Part shown: positions 1 to 11,100 of the stretch, one piece after another
How the letters are laid out: each line of letters opens with the position of its first letter
Position numbering within the stretch: position 1 is the stretch's first letter
NCBI GenBank assembly: GCA_027923505.1
Contig: BROI01000026.1
Location: forward strand, 310,001 to 374,000
Direction of reading: 5' to 3'
Length of the DNA: 64,000 bases
DNA from: Mayamaea pseudoterrestris
Lineage: Eukaryota
The notes under the pieces: generated by a model
Told to the model about the DNA's origin: nothing
What the model saw: only the letters and a program-made list of their open reading frames with translations
Databases searched by the model: none
Translations under genes and position numbers: made by a program

Positions 1-754
1 TGGGCGGCACATCGCGTCGATATTCCAGAGCTCTTGGAGATCCGCAAGCAGTTTCGCGCCAAGTATGGCAAACAGTTTGAGGAGGATGCACTATCAAACG
101 CTGGGGGAGTTTTAAACGAGCGCGTCGTGACCAAACTCAGCGTGCATCCGCCAGCGGCGTACTTGGTGCAAACGTACTTGGAGCGCATTTGCGAGCAATT
201 CGAAGTAACCTGGAGCCCAAAGGTCAAGCTCAGTACGAACGAAATGATTGAGCCAATGGCGGCACCGATTGGATATAGTGTCCAGGTGAGTCGACGCAAG
301 AATGTCTTGTTTAACGTTGAACATCGTTTGACAATTTACGTTTCGTTTCCAATAGGTTGCTCAAGGAACAGGACTGGGTTCAAAGCTTGCACCGCACAAC
401 TATGCTTACACGGGAAGTGAATCAGGGGCTCCTTCTGGAAGTATACCTTCGCCAATGGATCACTATCACTGGCCAGACGAAAAGAAAGACAATGGAGGCG
501 GCGGAGGTAGCGGAGGAAATGATTTTGCAGAAGTGGATATCTTCGTACCCAGCGCGCCAAGTGGTCCAGCGACGCCGACAAGCACCATGGCATCACCGAC
601 GACGGGTAATAACAAGGACGACGACGATCATTATGATAATAACGGTGAAGGACACGACGAACACAACAATGGAGCCTCTGGGGCCGGCTCGTCAGGTAGT
701 GGTGGAGCAACGTACGATGACTTGGCGGCTCGGTTCCAAATGCTAAAGAAATAA
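1..754 (+). CDS. IST1: IST1-family ESCRT-III-like protein (regulator of Vps4), 5'-partial; exons <1-285 and 356-754
   Basis: Frame 1 reads WAAHRVDIPELLEIRKQFRAKYGK...LNERVVTKLSVHPP, typical of the Ist1 domain. GT-AG intron 286-355 joins in frame to a low-complexity tail ending YDDLAARFQMLKK, an IST1-type MIM1 motif. Confidence 0.85.
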
Positions 755-1132
755 AGATTTAGGTTTAGTAATGGAATTGAAACGGATTTTCAGTTGCTGC
801 GAGTATGATTCTTCCACAGCAACACTTGGGGCGCCAGGTTGCATTTGCAGTTTCCCTATACAATATTGGGATTGAAAGCCTAGGTAGGTAGTCGTCGGGT
901 GTGACCAAACAGGCTAGGCTGGACGCGCTCGCGATGGTCGAAAAGTTGGCGCGTGCCAGCCGCTGCTCATTTTCCGCGAACAGAAATTTGGATCGAGGGT
1001 CGACTCACCTCATCATCTGCAGCATTCACCTTTTTTGTAGCTTCTTGGCTGTAACTGATTGACTACTCTCTCGTTCAGCGCTCGATCTTTTCGACCGAGC
1101 AATAATCTCCCGATTCTAGGCAAGAAAAGAAC

Positions 1133-2626
1133 ATGAATTCGTCAAATTCAGCAAATGAAACTACAAACGATACACCCGCTAAGGAATTCGGCAGATGCCG
1201 AAGCTTCCGCGATAAACCAGTCGTTTCGGCTGGTCTCCTTCTATTGATAGTTGCTCTAGTCGCTATTGTGGTGACATTGCCGATTGTTCTTCCTCGTGAC
1301 ACATCCGGCACTTCCAAGGACTTATCATCGACGTCGTCACAATCTGAGGCAGGCTTTGATTCAACACAAGCACCTTCGCCGTTGCGAGCATCGGCTGCAC
1401 CAGTGCCACCGTCTGCTTCTATCGCCGACCTCACAGATTCTCCAACAGAATCTCCAATCGAGATAGTCTCAACTTCATCTCCCACACTCGCGGCCACCGC
1501 CGCTGCAACTTCCTCAACTTCAGTGACGTACAGACCTGGAATCATCAGTCCCTCCGCCGAGAATCAACTTTACCTCGCTGAAGGTCTCTCCTCTAAAGTT
1601 ATAGCCAATTCCGGTCAGCCAGTCCAATACCCAACAATAGGCGGCACGTCGGACGAAACTTGCCATTCAAGTTTAGACTTTGGAGCTACTTTTGCGGATC
1701 CCAACAATGACGGCGGTTGGATTTACGTGAGCAACTCGGAAGATTCGCCCGGAGGTGTTGGCGCCTTTACCTTTTCTGCAAATGGGGATGTGATTGATTA
1801 CCGCATGCTCCTTACCGAGTCAACGCAAAACTGCGGGGGTGGCAAGACACCTTGGAATGCCTGGATCACTTGCGAGGAGAAGAAGAACGGACGATGCTAC
1901 CAGGTTGATCCTACGGGACAGCGTGAGGCACAGATCATTACAGTTGGCGAAGAGACGGACGGTGGTATGTTTGAGTCCTTTGCCTATTGGATAAAGGACG
2001 AGTCGGCGCCGCAGTTTTTTATTACGGAAGATGTCGCGTACAATACGGTACGCCGTTTCATACCGGATTCACCCGATTGGTCCGATCCATGGAGCATTCT
2101 TCTCGGTCAAGGTGAAACGATGTTTTTGCTAGTCAATCCCTCGGATAAAACCTTCACTTGGACGTCCGACGTGGAAACTGCCAGAGAGAATGCGCAGGAG
2201 AACTTCCCGGGAACGGAAGGGCTTGACCAGTACAACGACCTCTTGTACATTATTTCCAAAAATCGCAAGGTCATGCTTGTGCTTGACTTGATCAATGGCA
2301 CATACACTGAAGTGTACACTCAAGTAGGCCGATTCAATGGACAACCAGACCAGATTACGAGATTCAAGACATCAACTGCCGATGACACGATTTTCTTCGC
2401 CGAAGATGAGGACACCAACTGTGGCGTCTTTGGCCGTAATGTGGATGGTACCTATGCCGTGCTTACGACCGTTTCACGCGACGATGATTCGGTGACTGGC
2501 TTGGCGTTTTCGCCGGATGGGAAACACATGTACATTGGTATTCAGAACGCCGGAATCCTGTACGATATCACGAGAGACGACGGCTTGAGCTTTGAGTCCG
2601 AACCATCCAACGTAATTTACGAGTAA
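1133..2626 (+). CDS. phoX: PhoX/DUF839-like alkaline phosphatase, type II membrane-anchored with Ser/Thr/Pro stalk
   Basis: Motifs YVSNSE, NCGGGKTPWNAWITCEE, QPDQI and TGLAFSPDGKHMY typical of the PhoX beta-propeller; one hydrophobic helix at about aa 30-53; intronless. Confidence 0.8.
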   Translation: MNSSNSANETTNDTPAKEFGRCRSFRDKPVVSAGLLLLIVALVAIVVTLPIVLPRDTSGTSKDLSSTSSQSEAGFDSTQAPSPLRASAAPVPPSASIADLTDSPTESPIEIVSTSSPTLAATAAATSSTSVTYRPGIISPSAENQLYLAEGLSSKVIANSGQPVQYPTIGGTSDETCHSSLDFGATFADPNNDGGWIYVSNSEDSPGGVGAFTFSANGDVIDYRMLLTESTQNCGGGKTPWNAWITCEEKKNGRCYQVDPTGQREAQIITVGEETDGGMFESFAYWIKDESAPQFFITEDVAYNTVRRFIPDSPDWSDPWSILLGQGETMFLLVNPSDKTFTWTSDVETARENAQENFPGTEGLDQYNDLLYIISKNRKVMLVLDLINGTYTEVYTQVGRFNGQPDQITRFKTSTADDTIFFAEDEDTNCGVFGRNVDGTYAVLTTVSRDDDSVTGLAFSPDGKHMYIGIQNAGILYDITRDDGLSFESEPSNVIYE

Positions 2627-3534
2627 TGTTGATGTCAATTATTTGTTAATCGTACAATGCGATAGCTTCGGGCTCCGCTACAAACCAGCACAGTCTTACT
2701 CGCATCGGCAGTTGGCGAACACGCCCACTGCTCATAAAACACGCAGTCGGCCGCTGGAATCTCGTCAATTTTTTAAAATCTATAGCAAGGCTTCTTTCTC
2801 CATCAATTTCCATTCATTTGCGCCGAGAGTAGCAATCGTTACCACATCATGTTGCACAAGATCTCAATCAAGAGAGATCAACTTCTCGCATGACTCATCT
2901 ATGCATGACCGAATTACGCACGACTGATGCCGTCTGCAAAGATTCGTTGGCGATTGCGTTTGATTCTACGAATCTTCGCGACACAACTACATTCATCGCA
3001 TCCAGATCCCTTTATTCACGCCAACGAATCTTTGATTCTTTTAAAAGGCAAACACGTCGAATGACAAAGGATGGCGCTTGAAATTCTGGCGCAGTGTAAG
3101 AAGAGGGCAATGCCGAAAGAGTTCAAGAAAATAGCACAGCCTCATCCACGATTGTTCGGCTTGAGCCAACCAAGATTGAACGATGGAAGTTTGTCACCAG
3201 CTGCAAGAGTGATTGGACAATGAATTTGCGAGTGATTAAGCCGGACGATCCTGCTGGCATCGGCGTCCCTCTCAAAGCCATTTGCTTTCGCCGTCCATTG
3301 TAAGGCATTATCTTCCGAATCTTTGAATCTTCGTTCGAATGATTGAGCTGCCAAGTACTGAATCTCCACGCCAGAAAGGAGAAAGAGAAATGGCATCGAC
3401 GCTTCGGTTGCTCTCATTTTCATTGCTCGGATCAACTTGTGAGTCGATACACGCCAAGTGCATGCACCTAAACCAGGACGTATCTCACACCTGCCTTTCT
3501 TGCCAACATAGCGACTGTCTCCGCTTGATCTACC

Positions 3535-4812
3535 ATGATGATTGCAGGTTTTGCTCCTTTTTGTCTCGCCATTACGGCGCTGGCCGTCTCTTCCGCCAAA
3601 GCTGTCGACCAGGTCGATTCTTCCTATGCGTCGTCTTTGCGATCGCGAGAGCTCGACAAGATCACGTACTACCCTGGACAGCTCACTGTGAAGGAAAATG
3701 GGCTGTTGCTCTCGCAAGGATTGACGGCCAAGATCATTGGACGCAAGGGTGAGGTTGTTGATTACGATATTGGAGGCAGCTCAGTTGACGTCTCGCACGC
3801 CGCACCTGACTATGGCGCCACATTCGTCGATCCGCGCAAGTCCAACAAAGGTGGTTGGATCTACATGAGCAACTCGGAGAACAGAGCACGTGGATCGGGA
3901 GGCGTTGGTGCCTTCACGTTCGATAAAAAAGGCAACTTGATTGAGTACAAGCGAGCCTTGTCTAACACGACTTCGAATTGTGGTGGAGGCTACACGCCAT
4001 GGCAGTCCTACATTACCTGCGAAGAGACTACAAACGGAAGAATCTATCAGGTCGACCCTGCGGGCATTCGCAAGGCCGAGATTATAACTATGGGTCTCGA
4101 AACCAACGGTGGTTCTTTCGAGTCCTTCTCGTCCTACACCAAGAATGCGTCATTTCCTCAGTTCTTCGCCACGGAGGACACTTCGACTGGCGTTGTTCGC
4201 CGCTTTGTTCCTGATAGCCCAAACTGGGAAGATCCTTGGACCATGCTCACTGGAACCGGCTCAGTTGACTACTTGCTGGTTGATCCAGTCACCATGACCT
4301 ACAGCTGGACGACTGATCTTGCCGCCGCCCGCAGCAATGCCAAGCTTTACTTCCCGAACACCGAAGGCATTGACCAGAATGACAAGTACCTTTATTTCGT
4401 CACCAAGGTTTTCAAGTCCATGTATGTCCTCGACTTGGAGTTGAACACGTATATCAACGTCACCACTCTCTCCGGGGCTTTCAACGGGCAGCCCGACCAA
4501 GTCATCAATCTTCTGGGCAAGACAAAGAACTACTTTGAGGAAGACCAGTGGCTTTTCTTCACCGAAGACGGAGAATCTAACGCCGGCATCTTTGCGCGCA
4601 ACAAAGACGGCGATTTCTACACCATTCTTGAGAATGCTAACCCCAATTTTAAGGACGACGAGACGACTGGGCTCTACTTTTCTCCCGACGGCATGCACAT
4701 GTACTTTGCTCTCCAAGGCGCCGGTCTTATCTACGACGTTACCCGCTTGGACGGTCGCGCGTTCCAGGCCAAAAACTTCAATGTCATGTTTCATGCGTCT
4801 GCTGAGCTCTAG
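3535..4812 (+). CDS. phoX: PhoX/DUF839-like alkaline phosphatase, secreted paralog
   Basis: N-terminal signal peptide; YMSNSE, NCGGGYTPWQSYITCEE, QPDQV and TGLYFSPDGMHMY; collinear with the upstream paralog. Confidence 0.8.
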   Translation: MMIAGFAPFCLAITALAVSSAKAVDQVDSSYASSLRSRELDKITYYPGQLTVKENGLLLSQGLTAKIIGRKGEVVDYDIGGSSVDVSHAAPDYGATFVDPRKSNKGGWIYMSNSENRARGSGGVGAFTFDKKGNLIEYKRALSNTTSNCGGGYTPWQSYITCEETTNGRIYQVDPAGIRKAEIITMGLETNGGSFESFSSYTKNASFPQFFATEDTSTGVVRRFVPDSPNWEDPWTMLTGTGSVDYLLVDPVTMTYSWTTDLAAARSNAKLYFPNTEGIDQNDKYLYFVTKVFKSMYVLDLELNTYINVTTLSGAFNGQPDQVINLLGKTKNYFEEDQWLFFTEDGESNAGIFARNKDGDFYTILENANPNFKDDETTGLYFSPDGMHMYFALQGAGLIYDVTRLDGRAFQAKNFNVMFHASAEL

Positions 4813-4893
4813 AAGATAATGTGGTACCGGTAGCAGTTTCGAATATAGCCAATGTAACGTAGTTTAGTCAAAGAAATGGTAGAAAACATAAGG

Positions 4894-5955
4894 TTACATG
4901 CTAAGTATCTGCTCAATCATGCCTCTTGCTTGACTTGCGTATCCGCCGCCAAACAAGACTTCATGGTTGAGAATGTGATACAAATTGTACACCATTTTGC
5001 GCTTTTCAAAATCTGCTAGCAGCGGCCACTCGTCGTTGTAACCCTTGTAGAAATCACCGTTGAAGCCTCCAAATACATAGGTCATGGCAACGTCGGCTTC
5101 CCGGTCTCCGTAATACGTCGCTGGATCGAAAATGCATGGAATCGCCTTGCCCGACTCTCGGTCCTTGACAAATCCCTTATTTCCGCCCCATAAATCGCCG
5201 TGCAGCAGGCTTGGAAGTGGCTTATGCGACAAAAGTTGCCTCGTCTTATCTCGCAATGCTTGTGCCTTGTCTAACGAGAGCCCAGCGTTGTTTGTTAGCT
5301 TCAACATGTGTCCAAGTCTGTGGGTGTCCCAAAACTCTGCCCAATCATCCATCCATGGCAAGTTGGGTTGTGGCGTCGCCCCAATGGTATTGTCGACGTG
5401 AAAACCAAACTTGTCTGCCTGCTTGCGATGCATTTTCGCCAACTGTTGTCCGAGCTCGTACTGCGAGCCGCCGCCTGTGAATTCCAAGTATTCAAACAAG
5501 ACAAAGGAGGTTCTTCCATTGTTGTAATCGCCATAGGCAATCGGACGAGGACACTTGATCGTATTCGTATCGGCCATTTCCTTGACGCCAAGATACTCGG
5601 CGTACAACATGTTTGATTTGTCTTTGGTAGCCGACTTGACAAAGTATTTTGTGCCAGTGGAGGCATCGAGGACTGCACTGGTCGAAGCGCCACCTCCGCC
5701 AGATCCGCCGCCACCTTGCGTTGGTTCAAGATTGACTGGACGACCGAGGGCATCCGCCGCAGCTTTTGATATTGCTTCGGTGAAGGAGATGCTACTACTT
5801 GATGACGATGACATTGACTGGCAAGTGTTTCTCCTGGAAAACAAGGATTTGAATGGAAATTGGGCGGGTCGACGAATGGGCGACGTGAATCGAAAGGCTG
5901 CCGTGAACGACAAAAGCATTAACATGAGCAAGATGTCGCACAGCTGGCGGGGCAT
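4894..5955 (-). CDS. Fructosamine/ribulosamine 3-kinase family protein, probably plastid-targeted
   Basis: YFVK, FGFHVDNTIGATPQPN, PSLLHGDLWGGN, FDPATYYGDREAD and YNLYHILNH motifs; signal peptide followed by TAAFRF. Confidence 0.88.
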   Translation of the reverse strand: MPRQLCDILLMLMLLSFTAAFRFTSPIRRPAQFPFKSLFSRRNTCQSMSSSSSSSISFTEAISKAAADALGRPVNLEPTQGGGGSGGGGASTSAVLDASTGTKYFVKSATKDKSNMLYAEYLGVKEMADTNTIKCPRPIAYGDYNNGRTSFVLFEYLEFTGGGSQYELGQQLAKMHRKQADKFGFHVDNTIGATPQPNLPWMDDWAEFWDTHRLGHMLKLTNNAGLSLDKAQALRDKTRQLLSHKPLPSLLHGDLWGGNKGFVKDRESGKAIPCIFDPATYYGDREADVAMTYVFGGFNGDFYKGYNDEWPLLADFEKRKMVYNLYHILNHEVLFGGGYASQARGMIEQILSM

Positions 5956-6110
5956 GCTTGACTGATCAAGCGATCCTTGGCTTGCTTGCTTATTCTACGA
6001 TGGCGCAGCAGCACTTCCACGCCAGCATGGTGTAAAGTGCAAAAAGATCCATCGGGAAGTCGATCCGAGGAAGTCGTGTCGTGACTCTCTCCATGTTGTC
6101 AGTCGCACAA

Positions 6111-6320
6111 AACAAGTGCCAGTGAAAACTGCGTCACGACGCAATAGTATGAAACAAGTGCCAGTGAAAACTGCGTCATAAGGCAATAATGCGAAACGAA
6201 TGCCAGTGAAAACTGCGTCACAAGGCAGTAGTACGAAACGAGTGCCAGTGAAAAATGCGTCACAAGGCAATATTGAGAAACGAGTGCCAGTGAAAACTGC
6301 GTCATCAGGCAATAGTAAAA
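6111..6320. repeat. Minisatellite, 5 x 42 bp, in a divergent promoter region
   Basis: (G/A)TGCCAGTGAAAA(C/A)TGCGTCA starts at 6116, 6158, 6200, 6242 and 6284, an exact 42-bp period. Confidence 0.95.
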
Positions 6321-6449
6321 AGGACTGACGGAATCCGGAATTCACGTGGTTGGCCTTGCGCGAGTGAACTGGCTTCATCACCATGAGCAGATCGCCCTGT
6401 TTGTCACACAATCCGGCTTCGTTTCAATCACTGCTTCTACTTTGCCATC

Positions 6450-7178
6450 ATGACGCTCCTAGGTTTCGCCGTAGGCACTGCTCCGTCCGCTGCGCCGATT
6501 AACATGTCACTCGGTAAGAATACAGCACGCGCGTAGCTTTGGCGTACCTACTCCTTTGATTTGTTCAGCACGTCTCATTCTCACACGAATAGCATGCATT
6601 ATTGCTCCGCAGATGAACTCATTGCATCTCGCAAAAAGGAAGCGAGCAAGTCAGTTAAGACTGTCTCTAACGCTGATCGCTCCATTGCAACCAGTCGCGC
6701 CAAGCGTAACGCCAAGCTGAATGCTCGTCGTGGAATTGCCTCTTCGGACAAGCCGACTGCTATGGAGGTTGAGCAGCAGGTACAAATGCAGCACAAGCAA
6801 ACTATTACCAAGAAGGCTGCTGCCATCGAAAAAAGCAAAAACAATCAGCAGAGTAATCCAAATGAAACTGTAGCGGAAAAGAACCAGCGTCGTCGTCGCA
6901 ATCGTCAAATTCTTAACGAAGCAAAGAAGATTAAACAGGAACAGCAGCCAGCCAAGACTGGAGGAGCTGCCAGCAGCAAGCATGTAGTACAGACTGCCGT
7001 GATTGGTCGTCCTCCCTCCAAAAAGGCAATCAAGGCTGCTGTCGCTGCCATGGAGGAAAAGGGCTTTCAGATGCCGGAAGGCATGCACATGGTTATTTCC
7101 TTCGCGCCCAAGCCGCAGGCTCACAAGGCACCCAAGTCGACTCCGACGACGCAACAGCAGATGAATAATAATAACAAT

Positions 7179-7218
<40 letters not shown>

Positions 7219-7277
7219 CTGGACGGGGTGGACGAGGCCGAGGAAGAGGAAGAGGTGGCCGTGGAGGAAGAAAATAG
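6450..7277 (+). CDS. Basic RNA-binding protein with N-terminal UAP56-binding-like motif and C-terminal polyQ/RGG (ALYREF/UIF-like); exons 6450-6513 and 6613-7277
   Basis: GT-AG intron 6514-6612 gives ...INMSLDELIASRKK, resembling the MSLDDII UBM motif; ends GRGGRGRGRGRGGRGGRK; no RRM evident. Confidence 0.6.
7179..7217 (+). repeat. (CAG)13 coding microsatellite (polyQ)
   Basis: Perfect CAG run within the ORF. Confidence 0.95.
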
Positions 7278-7719
7278 CGTTCTTGGAGGTATTTCGTTTA
7301 TCAACCCTTGGATCCTGTACTAATCGTGTGGCTTTTAGCGACGAACCAAGGTGATACTTTCATCTAGCCGTTTATTGTTTTAAATGAATCGCATTTACTC
7401 GTATGACAGTTTACGCTAATACGATTCCCATAGTGCTTCAGCTCTTTTCTCGCTAAAAGCCACCCAGTGTCGCCTGCATCTTTAACTACTTGCACCGCTG
7501 CATGGCGCTGAAATACAAGCATGCGTCGGACTATGTCGATAGCTAAAAGCAATTGTGATGTTTCGACCTGCCTTGTTGCCGTCGCCGGTCACATTGTGAC
7601 AATCTACGAAAGCACCGCTGGGACAGTCATTTTCGGAGGAACTCATTGGAACGCTTCCGTTTCGTGACCCGGCACGCGCCCATAAAAATGCACCGCCTTG
7701 CTGACTCGGTCGGAGAAAA

Positions 7720-7736
7720 TGACTCACTTGACGTCA
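7720..7736. promoter_or_regulatory. Adjacent AP-1-like (TGACTCA) and CRE-like (TGACGTCA) bZIP motifs upstream of the CCCH gene
   Basis: Sequence TGACTCActTGACGTCA in intergenic DNA; function is inferred. Confidence 0.35.
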
Positions 7737-8123
7737 CCGCGAAACGCCATCGCCAGAACAGGCAAAGTTCGGGAAGGCAATGCTCGAAGAGTCACTTGAC
7801 AGATTGAACGAAGACGTTCTTTGTATCATAGTGCTTCGTTTCGGAATTTGGTGCACCGCAAAGGAACCGCCTCGATCGACCTCCACGAGTCGCGCGCCAA
7901 ACCCACCTGGCAGGCGTTGCGAAGGACGGGCCTATTCGCGCTCCATCGTCGTCCATCGTTGGGACTCGAGAGCGAGAGAGTGCCAAAGTTTGATTGAATG
8001 AAAGGTAACAAGAGTGGAAGTCAAAGAAATCAACAGTAGAAGCCGGTCCAAGCCGTCTTTCGTTACACGTGTCGAACGGTTGAGTAAATTCTGGCGCAGC
8101 GACGAGAGGGTCATTGTACTGCA

Positions 8124-11100
8124 ATGTCGAGTGTCCGAAGTGCTTCCTCTTGGGATCATTATTTAGCATCAGACGCCTTGCAGAGCAGTCATCGGCAATA
8201 TTTATTGTACCAAGAGTCGTTGCATCGCAGAGAGGACAAACGAGACGTGGAGGGTGAGGTGCAGTTTGTTGCGGATGCTGCTGATTCAATGGAAGCACGA
8301 TTGGAGTCAACCGAAGAAGAACGTCACGAGCGACGGTGGGGTGACACGTTCGGCTCACAAATTCCATCCCAAGTGATCGAATCCCTTGGAACGACGAGTA
8401 ATAGTGAGCGAGTCGAACTTTCTTTACTTGACGATTACCGGTTTTACAATCAGAGACGTCAAACGACCTTGTTAGAGTCTGACAGACCGATCAGTTTCTT
8501 GGGTGATCCCGAACGTAACACTTTCATCCAGAACGACTCGAACTCGGAAGAGGAACCTGCTCAAACAATTGACACTACTTGCATCACGAGTCAGTCCACG
8601 CTACACTTGCCGTCACAAGAAATTGAAGCAAGTCAATCAGCAGCAGAAGCAGCAATTTCGTCATCAATGGGCGTGAGCTCTTGGAAGCAACAGCCAACCG
8701 CGTGGTCGTGGAGCAACATGGCAGCGGTCCGCAGCGAAAGTCGTCGCGCCCATTGCGACGAGGACAAGATGGAGGAGGCTACGGCACAGACTGCGACTTC
8801 CATCTCGCTACAGAAGGAGGATGATGAAACGATCGATTCTGCTACTGTTTCCAGTCCGCAAAGTATGCGGCCTGTGCCTTGTCCGGAGCATCAGCAAGTA
8901 CCATCACTTCATGTACGCGTCCCTTCGACGACTTCGACAGCCGCTTCCACTGTCGCAGATGACGGCTCGTTTCATCATCAGCAGCAATATCAGCAGCAGC
9001 AGCATCAACGAGCCCCATCTTGGGACTCCTTGTCGCTGGAGCAGCTACATCAGTCATTTCCAAGTTCATCGCAGCAATCATCTTCCTCCTTCCAACCTTG
9101 GCAGCAGCAACATCAGGCGCCGCAACCTGACAGGCATTTTTTCAGAAGCGAAACAATGATTACAGATAACAGATGGGATCAGCGGCAGCATAACATGTAT
9201 CAGCAGCAACAGCAGCAGCATATTTATCAGCCGCAGCAGAGAATCGGCAGTGGAGGTGGCCCGCCTCAGCATCCTTTGCTAGTGGGGCAAAGGGGAGCTT
9301 CGACGCATCCATCAGCGGTTGACACTACCAAAATGCAGCGAGGGTCACAGCAATTCCAACCTTCCATGGCGTTTCCGGTTCTATCAATGCAGCAACGTCA
9401 CTCGCCCGCAAACGGAGCTGACCGAAGCTACAGTGCGCTCGCGCAACAGCAGCAACACTTGCCTCCTTCAGCTCCGCCTCGGCAGCCATCGACTAACGCG
9501 CAACAGCAACATTCTCTGGTACATTCACATGCGCGGCCTCCTCATCGCATGCCGCAGCAGCAACAGCAACCAGGCAGTCCTATGCACCAATCATCATCGG
9601 CACCACTTACTAGTGGCGGCGCGCGATCTGCGTCAGAAGTGCTCAAGACGTTGCTTCGCAAGAAAGCATGTTTATACGAACCTGACACGTCGAGAGCAGT
9701 TGCGTTGGTCACGTGGTTGGTTGGTCGTGAACTTGCCTTGGAGTTTGGTTTCTTTTCGCGCCAGCAATTACAGGCTGGTGTACATGCCTGCGTTGCGCAA
9801 AAGATTGATTCAAACATGATTACTCGAACTAAGGTGAATCGATGTATGCAAATTATTTTGAACTCTTGCTTTCACTACATTATTCCTCGACCTGACGGAA
9901 CGGAAGAGAATGGAAGTTCCTTTTCGAAAACCTTTGCTAGAGAGTCGAGCGACAATGATGCGGTGTTGCTTAACGTTTTGCCCGACGCGTGGAGGAATAT
10001 TCACGTAGATCGTGAGGAAGTCTTGCAGGCTATCGCTGATTTAGACGATGGAGCTTCTCAGACGCCATCGGTGGCAACCATGCCTACACGGCCTCAGCAA
10101 GGCATGGTGACACCGCAACAATCGCCTCGAGTATGCAGCCAGACGCCCGATAAGAGCCCCGGAGGCTTGTCGCTCGATGGCGATGGGAGTGATCAACACA
10201 AGCGAGCCGTTCTCTTGTGCTTTAACGAGAACGTCCGGACTGCGGAAGATGTATTTCGATGCCACAACGAGTTCATTCGAGACACGGCACATGCCTCACA
10301 TTTGCAGCTGACAGCGCAGGAGTGGCGACACTTTTTTGGGAACGATGCTGCGAATAGCCCATATCTCTGGGGCAACGTTGGAGTTCCTGTGCCGTATACA
10401 GAGTTTCACGGATCATCTCGCATGGATGCGCCGGGAAGGATGGCGCCAGAAGAGGTGTGCAAATTTCGCACGTCATGGTGCACCAAGCGATATGAGCATG
10501 ACCATGAGCTCTGTGGGTTTGCCCATGTTGAAGTAAATGGAGGATGGCTACGACGCAATCCGCGCATGAACGCTTATAAGGATGAAATGTGCCAGGCGAT
10601 ATCGATGGCAGTGGACCAACGGGCGAAGGATCAATGCTACGTAATTCATGAATGCCCTCATGGCAACACTTGCCAGTATGCTCACTCCATGGAGGAGATG
10701 ATGTATCATCCGCGTCGCTACAAGTCGAAGGTATGCACTTACTCGGGTCGTGCTGGTGGCTGCCCACTCGGTGAGGTGTGCAGCAATTTTCATCCCACCG
10801 AGACATACCGGTTCCCCAAGAAAGTTGATGGTCGCTCGGCACGTCACGGAAAGCACTCGCACCATCCGCCAACTTCCAGTGCTGGTGGCACTAAAGCACA
10901 GGGCGTTGTTCCAGCACCATCGCCAATTCTGTATTGCGAGCCAGCTCCGATTTCGAGTTTTGAAGACCATCTCGGTTTGCCTGGCTTGAAGAATCTCTTT
11001 CGACGACAATGCTTTGTTGTTCGTACGCACTTGCGCAAGAACGGAGCTTGCACTTGCTGCTATACCCACTTTGGTAATGAGACACCAGTGTTTGAAAGCG

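Noticed and set aside
2643..3752. Short or antisense ORFs between and over the PhoX genes, and similar shadow ORFs across the gene region
   Set aside because: No motifs, and most overlap better-supported genes on other frames.
5995..6411. 138-aa minus-strand ORF with 14-aa repeats
   Set aside because: Translation of the 42-bp minisatellite; non-ATG start; no coding support.
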